Positions 30,356-41,465 of a DNA stretch of 64,000 bases are shown one piece after another (within the stretch, counting starts at the first letter, position 1; every line of letters starts with the position of its first letter). Below the pieces are notes generated by a model that made no database searches, had not been told where the DNA came from, and worked only from the letters and a program-made list of their open reading frames with translations. The translations under genes were made by a program, and so were the position numbers. Source of the stretch: an uncultured Burkholderiales bacterium (GTDB taxonomy: Bacteria; Pseudomonadota; Gammaproteobacteria; Burkholderiales; Burkholderiaceae_C); contig CAIJIT010000315.1 of assembly GCA_903820745.1 (NCBI GenBank), forward strand, positions 976 through 64,975. Reading direction: 5' to 3'.

Positions 30356-31400
30356 TCAAGCCGGAAAGTTGTCGGGGAACTTGGCCTTGCTCCTGGCCTC
30401 GGCAGCGCCGATCAGCCGGCGCTTGACCAGGTCGGCCAGATTCTGGTCCAACGTCTGCATGCCCTGGCTGTTGCCGGTCTGGATCGCCGAATACATCTGC
30501 GCCACCTTGTTCTCGCGGATCAAATTACGGATCGCCGAGTTACCCAGCATGATTTCATGCGCCGCAACCCGCCCCGACCCATCCTGCAGCTTGCACAGGC
30601 TTTGCGAGATCACCGCCACCAGCGACTCCGACACCATCGCGCGCACCATCTCTTTCTCGGCCGCCGGGAACACGTCGACGATCCGGTCAACCGTTTTGGC
30701 AGCGCTGCTGGTATGCAGGGTGCCAAAAACCAGATGCCCGGTTTCGGCCGCAGTCAACGCCAGCCGGATCGTCTCCAGATCGCGCATTTCGCCGATCAGC
30801 ACCGCATCCGGGTCCTCACGCAGGGCCGAACGCAGTGCGTTGGCAAAACTCAGCGTGTGCGGCCCGACCTCGCGCTGATTGACCAGGCAATTTTTTTTAT
30901 TTATGGACGAATTCGATCGGATCCTCGATCGTCAGGATATGGCCGTATTCGTTTTCATTCAAATGGTTGACCATCGCCGCCAGCGTCGTCGATTTGCCCG
31001 AGCCGGTAGGCCCTGTTACCAACACCAAGCCGCGCGGCCGCAGTGACAACTCGCCAAAGACCTTCGGCGCGTTCAATTGCTCGAGCGACAGGATCTTCGA
31101 CGGAATGGTCCGGAACACCGCACCGGAACCGCGATTCTGGTTGAAGGCATTGACGCGGAATCGTGCCAGCCCCTGAATCTCGAACGAGAAGTCAACCTCA
31201 AGCGCCTCCTCGTAATGCTTGCGCTGGGTATCGTTCATGATGTCGTAGATCATCTCGTGCACCTGTTTATGCTCGAGCGCTTCGACATTGATGCGCCGCA
31301 CATCGCCGTTGACACGAATCATCGGCGGCAGGCCCGCCGAGATATGCAGGTCGGAAGCCTTGTTCTTGACCGAAAATGCCAGCAGTTGTGTGATGTCCAT
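30356..31400 (-). pseudogene. pilT: Type IV pilus retraction ATPase PilT, disrupted by an in-frame TAA and a +1 frameshift near 30890-30900
   Basis: N-half MDITQLLAF...GPTGSGKS...[11 protein letters not shown]-half in another frame: [12 protein letters not shown]...LREDPD...[13 protein letters not shown]...AIRNLIRE. Confidence 0.9.
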
Positions 31401-31427
31401 ACGCAGACCTGAAAGCCCAAAGCCATT

Positions 31428-32120
31428 ATGGCGACGATCCCCGAAAACCTTAACGACACCCTGACCCGGATTGAGGCGGCATGCCGCGCCGCTGGCAGGC
31501 CAGTCAACAGCGTCGCCTTGCTGGTCGTCAGCAAGACCCAGGCAGCGGCTGCAATCCGCCAGGCTCATGCCGCCGGCGCGCGCAGCTTCGGCGAAAACTA
31601 TGTGCAGGAAGCGCTCGACAAGATCGCCGCCCTGGCTGACCTGCAGCCTGCGATCGAATGGCATCTGATCGGCCCGCTGCAGAGCAACAAGACGCGCGTC
31701 GTGGCGGCCAGCTTCGACTGGGTGCATTCGGTCGACCGGCTTAAAACTGCCCAGCGCCTGTCAGAGCAGCGCCCTGCCCACCTGCCACCATTGAACCTTT
31801 GCCTGCAGGTCAATATCAGCGGCGAAACCAGCAAGAGCGGCTTGTTGCCTGCCGATTTGCTACCGCTGGCGCTGGCTGTTGCGGCATTGCCGCGGGTCAA
31901 GCTGCGCGGCCTGATGGCGATCCCCGAGCCGGCCGGAAACTTCGAAGCACAGCGTGCGCCACACCGGGCCTTGCACGAGTTATTGCTGCGCTTGAATCAA
32001 GCCGGGCTCGGGCTCGACACCTTGTCGATGGGCATGAGCGCCGACCTCGAAGCCGCCGTGGCCGAAGGCTCGACCCTGGTGCGTGTCGGCACAGCGATCT
32101 TCGGCGCCAGGCCGGCTTGA
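31428..32120 (+). CDS. yggS: PLP homeostasis protein (YggS/PipY)
   Basis: VSKTQ, FGENYVQE, WHLIGPLQSNK, MGMSAD, RVGTAIFG. Confidence 0.95.
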   Translation: MATIPENLNDTLTRIEAACRAAGRPVNSVALLVVSKTQAAAAIRQAHAAGARSFGENYVQEALDKIAALADLQPAIEWHLIGPLQSNKTRVVAASFDWVHSVDRLKTAQRLSEQRPAHLPPLNLCLQVNISGETSKSGLLPADLLPLALAVAALPRVKLRGLMAIPEPAGNFEAQRAPHRALHELLLRLNQAGLGLDTLSMGMSADLEAAVAEGSTLVRVGTAIFGARPA

Positions 32121-32129
32121 CCCCCTTCC

Positions 32130-33143
32130 TTAGCGTCCCGGCAAGCCTGCCAGCGCGGCGGGGTTGGCCGCGCTGTCGGCGATGTACTGCCTGATGATGT
32201 CGGCGAAGCTGGCTTCCGGCAGCAGGCCGAGTTTTGCCGCACGATCAGCGCGAGCAGCCGACGGCCAATTGGCGACGATGGCCGCGATGCGCTCGTCGCG
32301 CTCGAAACGCACCCGCGCCCGCACGGCAGGGCCGGCCACTTCTTCAAGCGCAGCCAGCATCTGCGCCACCGAGACGTTGAGTGCTGGCAGGTTCATGGCC
32401 GTGCGCCCACCATAGGCTTCGCGGCTGGCCTCATAAATCGCGATCAAACCCTCGACCGTGCGCTGCGGCGACGACACCGGGTGCGCGACATCGAGGCCTA
32501 CCGGGCAGATCGATTCGACGCCGGCCAGCGGCTCGCGGATGATGCCGCTGAAGAAGGACGAGGCTGCGCCGTTGGGCCGACCGGGCCGTACCGTCACCGT
32601 CATCAGGCGGGCGCTGCGGCCATCGATATAGCCTTTGCGGCTGTAGTCGGCCACCAGATGTTCGCAGATATGTTTATGGATGCCATAGCTGGTCTGCGGT
32701 GTCGGCAGCGTGGTGTCGGTGACGACAGCCGGCATCGGTACTGCGGCATCCGGGCCGAAGACCGCCACCGAACTGGAAAACACCAACCTGGCAGCCGCTT
32801 CGCCGCCGTTCACCCGGTCCCGCAAAGCATCGAGCAACGCCCGAGTGCTGTCGAGATTGCTGCGCAGGCCCAAGTCGAAATCGGCCTCGCATTCGCCCGA
32901 CACCGCCGAAGCCAGGTGGAACACGCCATCGATTGCTTCTTCGCGCAGCCCTTCGCAATGCGCGAGTAGCGGACCGACGCGGGCCTCGATGCGCTCATCC
33001 TTGAGCAGGTCGGCCGGTGCCTGCGCCTGATCGGCCAATACGATCCGCTCGATCGTCCGTCCGCCCAATGTGCCGCGCTGCAGCAATGTGCGAGCCAGCC
33101 TTGCACCAAGAAATCCGGCGCCGCCGGTGATCAGGATTTTCAT
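32130..33143 (-). CDS. denD: D-erythronate dehydrogenase
   Basis: Extended SDR: [45 protein letters not shown], in the otn cluster. Confidence 0.85.
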   Translation of the reverse strand: MKILITGGAGFLGARLARTLLQRGTLGGRTIERIVLADQAQAPADLLKDERIEARVGPLLAHCEGLREEAIDGVFHLASAVSGECEADFDLGLRSNLDSTRALLDALRDRVNGGEAAARLVFSSSVAVFGPDAAVPMPAVVTDTTLPTPQTSYGIHKHICEHLVADYSRKGYIDGRSARLMTVTVRPGRPNGAASSFFSGIIREPLAGVESICPVGLDVAHPVSSPQRTVEGLIAIYEASREAYGGRTAMNLPALNVSVAQMLAALEEVAGPAVRARVRFERDERIAAIVANWPSAARADRAAKLGLLPEASFADIIRQYIADSAANPAALAGLPGR

Positions 33144-33949
33144 TGCGGATTACCTTTTGTCGAATGCTTCCAGGCCTTCAGCCAGCCCAGACCGGCGCTG
33201 GTGCCGGCGCGGGGACGGTACTCGCAGCCGATGTGTCCTTGCCAACCGAGCAGATCGAGCTGCTCGAACAGATAAGGGTAATTCAGTTCGCCCTGATCAG
33301 GCTCATGCCGGTCGGGCACGCCGGCGATTTGCAAATGCCCGACCCGGCCAGTCGGCAGGTATTGGCGCAACTTCATTGCCACATCGCCTTCGACGACCTG
33401 GCAATGGTAAAGATCCATCTGCACCTTCAAATTCGGCGCGCCGATCTGCTCGACGATCTGATGCGCCTCGCCCTGGCGGTTCAGCAGATAAGCGGGAATA
33501 TCACGGGTGTTGATCGGCTCGATCAGCAGTTCGACTCCTGCTGCAGCGGCCTCGCGCGCCGCCCAGGCCAGGTTCTCCAGATAAACCTCGCGCAATGCGG
33601 CACGAGCCATGCCTGCAGGCATCAGCCCGGCCATCACATGCAGGCGCGGGCATCGCAGCGCCAGCGCATAGGGCAAAGCCTGTTCGAGGATGCCGCGCCG
33701 GAACTCGTCGCGTCGCTCAGCCAGACAGGTAATGCCGCGCTCGCCGCCGGCAAAGTCGCCGGGTGGCGCGTTGAACAACACCTGCTGCAGGCCGTTATCG
33801 ACCAGGCGACTGGCGATCGCTGCCGGTTCATGCTCATAGGGAAACAGGAATTCGACCGCATCGAAACCATCCGCAGCAGCCGCAGCAAAGCGATCGAGGA
33901 AAGCATGTTCCACGTACATCATCGACAGATTGGCGGCAAAGCGCGGCAT
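33140..33949 (-). CDS. otnI: 2-oxo-tetronate isomerase (Hyi family)
   Basis: [34 protein letters not shown]. Confidence 0.85.
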   Translation of the reverse strand: MPRFAANLSMMYVEHAFLDRFAAAAADGFDAVEFLFPYEHEPAAIASRLVDNGLQQVLFNAPPGDFAGGERGITCLAERRDEFRRGILEQALPYALALRCPRLHVMAGLMPAGMARAALREVYLENLAWAAREAAAAGVELLIEPINTRDIPAYLLNRQGEAHQIVEQIGAPNLKVQMDLYHCQVVEGDVAMKLRQYLPTGRVGHLQIAGVPDRHEPDQGELNYPYLFEQLDLLGWQGHIGCEYRPRAGTSAGLGWLKAWKHSTKGNPQ

Positions 33950-33951
33950 GG

Positions 33952-34617
33952 TCACCACCTCGCGCCAAAGGCGCTGTGAAGTTCTTCAATTTGGGCTTCG
34001 GACAGGGCCTTGGCCCGGCCCCGCGAGATCCGCCACAGCCTGGCAGTTTCCTCAAGCTCCTCGAGCAAGGCGCAGGCCGCAGCGGGCGATTCATGCCAGA
34101 CATTGGGGCCCAGGCGGTCGAGCATCACCGCGCGCAACATCGCCCCGCGCTGCCGCGCCGCGGCGATCGCTTCGGCCACCAGGCCGGCGACCGCCGGATC
34201 ACCCGGCCGGTGATAAGGAATCAACGGCACCCGGCCGACCTTCATCACGAAATAGGGCGTGATCGGTGGCAGGATCGCGTCGTCACGCCAGACCCCGGTC
34301 AGCGTCAGCGCGACCAGCTCGGTGCTGTGGGTATGCACCACGCATTGCGCGGCTGGCTCGGCCGCATAGATGCTGCGATGCAAGGCCAGCGTCTTGCTGG
34401 CGCGCTCGCCGCTAAGCTGTTGGCCCAAGGCATCGCAGCGGGCCAACTGCCCGGGCAGCATTTGCCCCAGGCAAGCGTCGGTCGGGGTGATCAGAAAGCC
34501 TTGCCCTGCGGGCAACCGCATGCTGATGTTGCCAGCGGTCGCGTGGACATAGCCGCGCTCGAACAGCGAACGGCCGGCCAGGCAGATCTGTTCGCGCTGT
34601 GCAGCGAAATCGCTCAT
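33952..34617 (-). CDS. otnC: 3-oxo-tetronate-4-phosphate decarboxylase (class II aldolase)
   Basis: [29 protein letters not shown]. Confidence 0.82.
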   Translation of the reverse strand: MSDFAAQREQICLAGRSLFERGYVHATAGNISMRLPAGQGFLITPTDACLGQMLPGQLARCDALGQQLSGERASKTLALHRSIYAAEPAAQCVVHTHSTELVALTLTGVWRDDAILPPITPYFVMKVGRVPLIPYHRPGDPAVAGLVAEAIAAARQRGAMLRAVMLDRLGPNVWHESPAAACALLEELEETARLWRISRGRAKALSEAQIEELHSAFGARW

Positions 34618-35915
34618 ATCGATACCCCCAGTTGCAGCGCTTCAGAGAAGAAATCAGGACCGCCGAAATTGCCCGACTTCAAAGCCAGCTGCAAGGTCTC
34701 GCCGACCGACTGGCCCTCCACCTGGGTCCAGGGCACGCCGGGGCAGATCGGCGGGCCGATGCGCAGCTGCGTCACCCCCAGCGCCTGCACGACAGCGCCC
34801 GAAGTCTCGCCGCCCGCGACGACCAAGCGGCGCACTCCTTGTGCAAGCAGACCGCAGGCGAGTTGCGCCATGCAGGCTTCGACCAAAGCGCCAGCCTGAG
34901 CCGCACCGAGTTCGGCCTGGACTGAATGCAGGGCTTCCGCTGTGCTGGTCGCATAGAACAACGGCGCCTGGCCAGCGGAATGTCCTTGTGCCCATTGCAA
35001 GGCCTGCTCGGCCACCGGCTCGCCACGCGCCAGCGCCCTGGGATCAATTGCCAACGCTGGCCGGCCGGCTTCGCGCCAGCGTTGCACCTGCGCCTGGGTC
35101 GCGAGCGAGCAGGATCCGGCCAGCACCGCCGCTGCGCCGCGTGCGAGGTCCAGCGTTGCGGCCTGAGCATCAGGCAACAGCCATCCGCGCGCCGAATAAA
35201 CCTCGGGCAAGCCCAGCGCCAAGCCCGAGCCCGCGGTCAGCAGCGGCAGGTCGGCACAGGCCTCGGCGAGCAAGCGCAGGTCGGCGTTGTTGACGGCATC
35301 GGCGATGGCAATGCTGATGCCTTCGCGGCGCATGGCATCAAAGCGCTGACGCAACACTAGCGGGCCCTGGGCGACCATGTCATGCCGCAGCAGGCCGACT
35401 CTGCCTTGGCACTGCGCTTGCAGCACCCGCACGAGGTTGGCATCGGTCATCGGCGTCAGCGGATGGTGACGCATGCCCGAGTCGCTGAGCAATTCGTCGC
35501 CGACGAACAGATGGCCGCGAAAGACAGTGCGGCCGTTTTCCGGAAAAGCCGGGCAAGCGATGGTGAAATCGGCGCCCAGCGCCTGCATCAGCGCCTCGGC
35601 GACCGGGCCGATATTGCCGGCAGCGGTCGAATCGAAAGTCGAGCAGTACTTGAAATAGCATTGCCGCATGCCGCCCGCCTGCAACCAGCGCAGCGCCGCC
35701 AATGATTCGCGCACGGCATCGGCCGCAGGCAAATTGCGGGTCTTCAGCGCCACCACCACCGCATCGGCATCAATCACCGTCGCATCATCAGGAACGCCGA
35801 TCACCTGCACCGTGCGCATGCCGGCGCGCACCAACATGCTGGCGACATCGGTGGCGCCGGTGAAGTCGTCGGCTATGACGCCCAGCGTCATTCGTCGGTT
35901 TTCGCCCAGTGTCAT
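34614..35915 (-). CDS. otnK: 3-oxo-tetronate kinase (DUF1537)
   Basis: IADDFTGATD, YFKYCSTFDST, AGGETSG, LKSGNFG. Start 35915 or 35891. Confidence 0.9.
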   Translation of the reverse strand: MTLGENRRMTLGVIADDFTGATDVASMLVRAGMRTVQVIGVPDDATVIDADAVVVALKTRNLPAADAVRESLAALRWLQAGGMRQCYFKYCSTFDSTAAGNIGPVAEALMQALGADFTIACPAFPENGRTVFRGHLFVGDELLSDSGMRHHPLTPMTDANLVRVLQAQCQGRVGLLRHDMVAQGPLVLRQRFDAMRREGISIAIADAVNNADLRLLAEACADLPLLTAGSGLALGLPEVYSARGWLLPDAQAATLDLARGAAAVLAGSCSLATQAQVQRWREAGRPALAIDPRALARGEPVAEQALQWAQGHSAGQAPLFYATSTAEALHSVQAELGAAQAGALVEACMAQLACGLLAQGVRRLVVAGGETSGAVVQALGVTQLRIGPPICPGVPWTQVEGQSVGETLQLALKSGNFGGPDFFSEALQLGVSI

Positions 35916-35935
35916 ATGGCGTCTGTGGCTCGGCA

Positions 35936-36859
35936 TCACTTCGACTCCGGGGCTTCAGGCAGCGTCAGCCCCGCCAGCGCGGCGTAGAACTTGATCACTG
36001 CGGCATCGTCCTCGGCGCCATGCCCAGCGGCTGCGGTGGCTAGGTAGAGCTGGTGCGCGGCGGCGGCCAGCGGCAGCGGAAAGCTCAGCTTGCGCGCGGT
36101 GTCGAGCACGATGCCCAGGTCCTTGACGAAGATATTGACGGTCGACAGCGGCCGGTAGTCACCGGCCAGGATATGCGGCACACGGTTCTGGAACATCCAG
36201 CTCATGCCTGCCGAGTTGCAGATCACTTCGTACAACGCGGCCGGGTCGGCGCCGGCGCGCATGCCCAGCGCCATGCCTTCGCAGGCTGCGGCGATATGCA
36301 CGCCGGCCAGGTGCTGATTGACCATTTTGACGATCGAGCCGATGCCGGGACGGTCGCCCAGCCGGTAGACCTTGCCGGCAATCGCATCGAGCAGATCCCC
36401 CGCCGCAGCGAATGCCTCAGGGGCGCCCGAAGCCATCACCGTCATCTGCCCCGCCGCGGCCTTGCCCGCGCCGCCCGAGACCGGCGCATCGATCAGCCAT
36501 AAGCCAAGCGGCTCCAACCTTTGCTGCCAGACGGGTGGCAGCGTCGGGTCGACGGTGGCCGAGGTGATCAGCACCGAACCGAGCTTGAGCGTACTGGCCA
36601 GCCCGCCCGGACCGAACAGCACGGTTTCGGTTTGCTCCGCGGTAACGACCAACACCACCACCGCGTCACAGCGCGCGCCCAGTTCGGCCAGCGAATCGAC
36701 GGTGGCGCCGCCCTCGGCCTCGAAACGCTGGCGTGCTTCCAGCCGCAGGTCGAGTCCGAGCGTGTTCACGCCCTTGCGCATCGCGGTCAGCGCAGCACCG
36801 AAACCCATCGACCCGAGGCCAACCACGCCCAGGACTTTTTGCTTGCTTTTCTGGATCAC
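35936..36859 (-). CDS. ltnD: L-threonate dehydrogenase
   Basis: GLGSMG, DAPVSGG, NQHLAGVHIAAACE, SWMFQNRVPH, IFVKDL. Confidence 0.85.
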   Translation of the reverse strand: MIQKSKQKVLGVVGLGSMGFGAALTAMRKGVNTLGLDLRLEARQRFEAEGGATVDSLAELGARCDAVVVLVVTAEQTETVLFGPGGLASTLKLGSVLITSATVDPTLPPVWQQRLEPLGLWLIDAPVSGGAGKAAAGQMTVMASGAPEAFAAAGDLLDAIAGKVYRLGDRPGIGSIVKMVNQHLAGVHIAAACEGMALGMRAGADPAALYEVICNSAGMSWMFQNRVPHILAGDYRPLSTVNIFVKDLGIVLDTARKLSFPLPLAAAAHQLYLATAAAGHGAEDDAAVIKFYAALAGLTLPEAPESK

Positions 36860-37110
36860 TCTTTTCCCTTGTCATGCCGCCGGGGGGCAGCGGTTTTTGC
36901 AGCCGCACAGGCTCGATGCAACTTGGTGGCGGGCGGCTTGACCATGGTCCCAAGACGATCATATGAACAATTAAGTGCAGGCTTCTAACGGTTTGCCCTA
37001 ATTGCTTGGCGCCGTATCGGCGTAATATTGAGTTTGCAAAGTGGACCGGTCGCAGCGGCAGGTGCACTAAAAAACAGGGCAGATTGCCCAATGACATCAG
37101 GACCCAATGC

Positions 37111-38184
37111 ATGGCCAGCGTCACGATCAAGTCCGTCAAGAAAAATTTCGGCCAGGTGCCCGTTCTGCACGGCGTTGACATTGATATCCCGGACGGCTCG
37201 TTCACCGTCCTGGTCGGCCCATCGGGTTGCGGCAAGAGCACCTTGCTGCGCATGATTGCGGGGCTGGAGGAAGTCAGCGGCGGCGAGATCCGCATCGGCG
37301 ACCGATTGGTCAACGACCTGCAACCGAAGGAACGCGACATCGCGATGGTGTTCCAGAACTACGCGCTCTACCCACATATGACGGTGCGGGCAAATATGGC
37401 TTTCTCGCTCGAACTGGCCAAGCAGAGCAAGGCGACGATTGACAGCAAGGTCGGCCGCGCAGCCGAGATTCTCGGCTTGATACCGCTGCTTGACCGCTTT
37501 CCCCGGCAGCTCTCGGGTGGGCAGCGCCAGCGCGTGGCGATGGGGCGTGCCATCGTCCGCGACCCGCAGGTATTCCTGTTCGACGAGCCGCTTTCGAACC
37601 TCGACGCCAAGCTGCGTGTGGCGATGCGCGCCGAAATCAAGGAACTGCACCAGCGCCTGAAGACGACCTCAATCTATGTCACCCATGACCAGATCGAAGC
37701 GATGACGATGGGAGACCAGATCGTCGTCATGCGCGATGGGCGGATCGAACAATCCGGCAGTCCGCTTGACCTCTACGACCACCCGGCCAACCAGTTCGTC
37801 GCCGGTTTCATCGGTTCGCCAGCCATGAACTTCCTTCCCGGCACGTTGCGCCGCAGCGCCGGCGTTGCGCAAGTCGAACTGAACGACGGCACCTTGCTGC
37901 CTGCCCCCCCCGACTCAGGTGGCGTAGACGGTCAGGCCGTGGTCTACGGCACCAGGCCTGAACATATGACCTTGTCCGAGGCCGCCGGCATCCCGGTGCA
38001 GGTGGTGGTGATGGAGCCCACCGGCATGGACACCTTTATCGCTTGCCGCCATGAAGGCGTCGAGCTCGCCGCCGTGTTCCGCGAGCGCCATGATTTCGCT
38101 CCCGGCAGCACGATCCGCTTGCTGCCCGATGCGCAACGCGCCCATTTGTTTGATGCTGGCGCCGGCCAGCGCCTGGCTGCCTGA
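37111..38184 (+). CDS. CUT1 ABC transporter ATP-binding subunit (MalK/UgpC type)
   Basis: GPSGCGKS, LSGGQRQR, FLFDEPLSNLDAKLR. Confidence 0.93.
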   Translation: MASVTIKSVKKNFGQVPVLHGVDIDIPDGSFTVLVGPSGCGKSTLLRMIAGLEEVSGGEIRIGDRLVNDLQPKERDIAMVFQNYALYPHMTVRANMAFSLELAKQSKATIDSKVGRAAEILGLIPLLDRFPRQLSGGQRQRVAMGRAIVRDPQVFLFDEPLSNLDAKLRVAMRAEIKELHQRLKTTSIYVTHDQIEAMTMGDQIVVMRDGRIEQSGSPLDLYDHPANQFVAGFIGSPAMNFLPGTLRRSAGVAQVELNDGTLLPAPPDSGGVDGQAVVYGTRPEHMTLSEAAGIPVQVVVMEPTGMDTFIACRHEGVELAAVFRERHDFAPGSTIRLLPDAQRAHLFDAGAGQRLAA

Positions 38185-38255
38185 ACGCAGCATTCCGGCT
38201 TTCCTGGATTCTTTTTTTCGCGTCACCAGAGACCATTCACCAAAGGAGATACAGC

Positions 38256-39584
38256 ATGACTGAATTCAACCGTCGCACCTTCCTTGAAGGCACTGCCAGC
38301 GTCGCTGCCACAGCCAGCCTGGGAACCGGGGCAGCATTGTTTGCGCCGGCGGTTCACGCCCAGAGTCTGTCCCTGAAGCCTGAAAAAGGCGCCAAGTTGC
38401 GCGTGCTGCGCTGGAGCCGTTTCGTGCAGGGCGACATCGACGCCTACATGGTCAACGTGAAGAAATTCACCGAGAAAACCGGCATCGAAGTCCGCGTCGA
38501 CAACGAAGGTTGGGAGGATGTGCGGCCGAAAGCGGCGGTCGCTGCCAACACCGGCGCCGGCCCCGACATCATCCTGTCAACCAATGACGACGCCAATCTT
38601 TACCCGGAAAAGCTGCTCGATGTCAGCGATGTCGCCGAATACCTTGGCAAGAAATACGGCGGCTGGTACCCGGCCTGCGAAGCCTATCTGCGCCCGGACG
38701 GCAAGAAATGGCTGGGATTGGGACTCGGCGCTGCAGGCTCCTACATGGTGTATCGCCAGAGCCAATTGCAGGCCGCAGGCTTTGACAGCTTTCCCAAGGA
38801 CACCGACGGCTTCCTGAAGATGCTCAAGGCGCTCGCAGCCAAGGGTACGCCGGGTGGTTTTGCCCTGGGCAACGCCACGGGTGACGGCCTCTGGACCAAC
38901 TGGCTGATCTGGTCGCATGGCGGCAAACTGGTTGACGCCAACAACAAGGTCGTCATCGACAGCCCCGAGACGATCCGGGCGCTCGAATATGCCAAGGAGA
39001 TGTACGCCACCTTCATTCCGGGCACCCTGTCCTGGCTCGACCCGAACAACAACAAGGCCTTCCTCGACAGCCAGATCAGCGTGACCAACAACGGCATCTC
39101 GATCTACTATGCCGCGAAAAACTCGACTGATCCCAAGGTCCATGCGCTGGCTGCTGACATCAACCACGCCTCGTTCCCGGTCGGGCCTGTGGGCGTGCCG
39201 ACCGAGTCGCATCTGTTCTTCAACCAGATGATCATGAAGTACACCAAGTACCCGAACGCCGCCAAGGAATTCCTGCGCTTCATGATGGAGTGGGACCAAT
39301 TCGACCCTTGGCTGACCGGTGCCGGTGGCTATATCGCCCAGCCGCTGAAGGCTTACGAAAAGTCTGCGATCTGGACCGTGGACCCCAAGCACACGCCTTA
39401 CCGCGACGGCGTGAAGAACATGCGCCCGGCCGGCTACGCTGGCAGATTGGGTTACGCCTCGGCAGGTGCGGGCGCGGACTTCATCGTCTGCAATATGGTG
39501 GCTGAAGCCGCCAGCGGAGCCAAGACACCGAAGGAAGCTGCCGAACGGGCGCAAAAGCGCGCCGAGCGTTACTACAAAGTCTGA
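38256..39584 (+). CDS. ABC solute-binding protein with Tat signal
   Basis: AAGGAG RBS, NRRTFL twin-arginine motif plus AVHA cleavage site, family 1 SBP. Confidence 0.9.
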   Translation: MTEFNRRTFLEGTASVAATASLGTGAALFAPAVHAQSLSLKPEKGAKLRVLRWSRFVQGDIDAYMVNVKKFTEKTGIEVRVDNEGWEDVRPKAAVAANTGAGPDIILSTNDDANLYPEKLLDVSDVAEYLGKKYGGWYPACEAYLRPDGKKWLGLGLGAAGSYMVYRQSQLQAAGFDSFPKDTDGFLKMLKALAAKGTPGGFALGNATGDGLWTNWLIWSHGGKLVDANNKVVIDSPETIRALEYAKEMYATFIPGTLSWLDPNNNKAFLDSQISVTNNGISIYYAAKNSTDPKVHALAADINHASFPVGPVGVPTESHLFFNQMIMKYTKYPNAAKEFLRFMMEWDQFDPWLTGAGGYIAQPLKAYEKSAIWTVDPKHTPYRDGVKNMRPAGYAGRLGYASAGAGADFIVCNMVAEAASGAKTPKEAAERAQKRAERYYKV

Positions 39585-39696
39585 CGCCGAGGCTGCGGTC
39601 TTGCCAGGTCTGGCGCTGCTTGATTGCCGCGCTGCCGGGCAAGCCGCATGCTTGGGCATCGACGCCATTGATGCTGCTTGACGTTCATGGACTGCA

Positions 39697-40602
39697 ATGA
39701 AACTGCTTGAAAAATTCCAGAACAATCGCCATGCACTGGGCTGGGCATTCATGCTGCCTTCGGCCTTGCTGCTGCTGCTTTTCCTGACCTATCCGCTCGG
39801 GCTGGGCACCTGGCTGGGCTTCACCGATGCCAAGATCGGCCGGGCCGGCGAATGGATCGGGCTGGAAAACTTCAGCTATCTGATCACCGACAGCGTGACC
39901 AGGCAGGCGCTTTTCAACACAATCTTCTACACCACCGTCGCCAGCCTCATCAAGTTCCTGCTGGGGTTATGGCTGGCAGTGCTGCTGAACAAGAATCTGC
40001 CCTTCCAGAGCTTTTTCCGCGCCGTCGTGCTGTTGCCATGGATCGTGCCGACAGCGCTCTCGGCGATCGCCTTCTGGTGGCTCTATGACGCGCAGTTCTC
40101 GATCATCAGCTGGGCCTTGCTGAAGATGGGGCTGATCGACCGCTATATCGATTTTCTCGGCGATCCCTGGAATGCCCGCTTCTCGACCATCGCCGCCAAT
40201 GTCTGGCGTGGCATCCCATTCGTCGCGATCTCGCTGCTGGCCGGATTGCAGACCATCTCGCCGTCGTACTACGAAGCCTCGGCGATCGACGGTGCAACGC
40301 CCTGGCAGCAATTCCGCCACATCACCCTGCCACTGCTGACGCCAATCATCGCGGTGGTGATGACCTTCTCGGTGCTGTTCACCTTTACCGATTTCCAGCT
40401 GATCTATGTGCTGACGCGCGGCGGGCCGCTCAACGCCACCCACCTGATGGCCACCTTGGCATTCCAGCGCGCGATCTCGGGCGGCGCCCTGGCCGAAGGT
40501 GCGGCGATCGCCACCATGATGGTGCCTTTTTTGCTGGCAGCGATCATGTTCAGCTATTTCGGCTTGCAACGCCGGGCCTGGCAGCAAGGCGGTGACAAGT
40601 GA
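39697..40602 (+). CDS. ABC permease (MalF type)
   Basis: YYEASAIDGA EAA motif, multiple TM segments. Confidence 0.92.
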   Translation: MKLLEKFQNNRHALGWAFMLPSALLLLLFLTYPLGLGTWLGFTDAKIGRAGEWIGLENFSYLITDSVTRQALFNTIFYTTVASLIKFLLGLWLAVLLNKNLPFQSFFRAVVLLPWIVPTALSAIAFWWLYDAQFSIISWALLKMGLIDRYIDFLGDPWNARFSTIAANVWRGIPFVAISLLAGLQTISPSYYEASAIDGATPWQQFRHITLPLLTPIIAVVMTFSVLFTFTDFQLIYVLTRGGPLNATHLMATLAFQRAISGGALAEGAAIATMMVPFLLAAIMFSYFGLQRRAWQQGGDK

Positions 40603-41465
40603 GCAAAGAAGACTCGCAAGGCATGGACTTCCTGCAATCGCTGCCGCGGCGCTGGGTCACCATCTACATCCCGATCTGCCTGTTCGTGATCGTGCTGTTG
40701 TTCCCGTTTTACTGGATGACGATCACGGCTTTCAAGCCCGACAACGAATTGCTGTCGCGCGATGGCAACCCGTTCTGGATCATCGCCCCGACGCTGGCGC
40801 ATTTCGAGAAACTGCTGTTCCACACCGAATATCCGGACTGGCTGTGGAACACGGTGATCGTCTCGGTCGTGTCCACCCTGGTGTCGCTGGCCGCTTCGAT
40901 CCTGGCCGCCTATGCGATCGAGCGCCTGCGCTTCCAGGGCGCCAAAGCGGCCGGTGGTGCGATCTTCCTGGCCTATCTGGTACCGCCATCGATCCTGTTC
41001 ATTCCGCTGGCATCGATCGTCGTCAGTCTCGGGTTGTTCGACACCAGGATGGCCTTGATCCTGACCTACCCGACCTTCTTGATCCCGTTCTCAACCTGGC
41101 TGCTGATGGGCTATTTCCGTTCGATCCCCTATGAGCTCGAAGAATGCGCCTTGATCGATGGGGCGAACCGCTGGCAGATCCTGGTCAAGATCGTTCTGCC
41201 GCTGGCGGTACCGGGGCTGATCTCGGCAGGCATCTTTGCATTCACGTTGAGCTGGAACGAGTTCATCTATGCGCTGACATTCATCTCCTCGTCCGAGATG
41301 AAAACGGTGCCGATCGGTGTCGTCACCGAGTTGGTCGAAGGCGATGTCTACCACTGGGGGCCCCTGATGGCGGGCGCCTTGCTCGGCTCGCTGCCGGTGG
41401 CTTTTGTCTACTCGTTCTTCGTCGAGTATTACGTCTCGGGCATGACCGGGTCGGTCAAGGAGTGA
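40599..41465 (+). CDS. ABC permease (MalG type)
   Basis: LEECALIDGA EAA motif, SWNEF. Confidence 0.92.
   Translation: MSKEDSQGMDFLQSLPRRWVTIYIPICLFVIVLLFPFYWMTITAFKPDNELLSRDGNPFWIIAPTLAHFEKLLFHTEYPDWLWNTVIVSVVSTLVSLAASILAAYAIERLRFQGAKAAGGAIFLAYLVPPSILFIPLASIVVSLGLFDTRMALILTYPTFLIPFSTWLLMGYFRSIPYELEECALIDGANRWQILVKIVLPLAVPGLISAGIFAFTLSWNEFIYALTFISSSEMKTVPIGVVTELVEGDVYHWGPLMAGALLGSLPVAFVYSFFVEYYVSGMTGSVKE

Noticed and set aside
39585-39696. GC-rich imperfect hairpins after the solute-binding protein gene as an sRNA
   Set aside because: Intercistronic stem-loops after SBP genes are a common mRNA-stabilising feature, and there is no promoter or U-tract.
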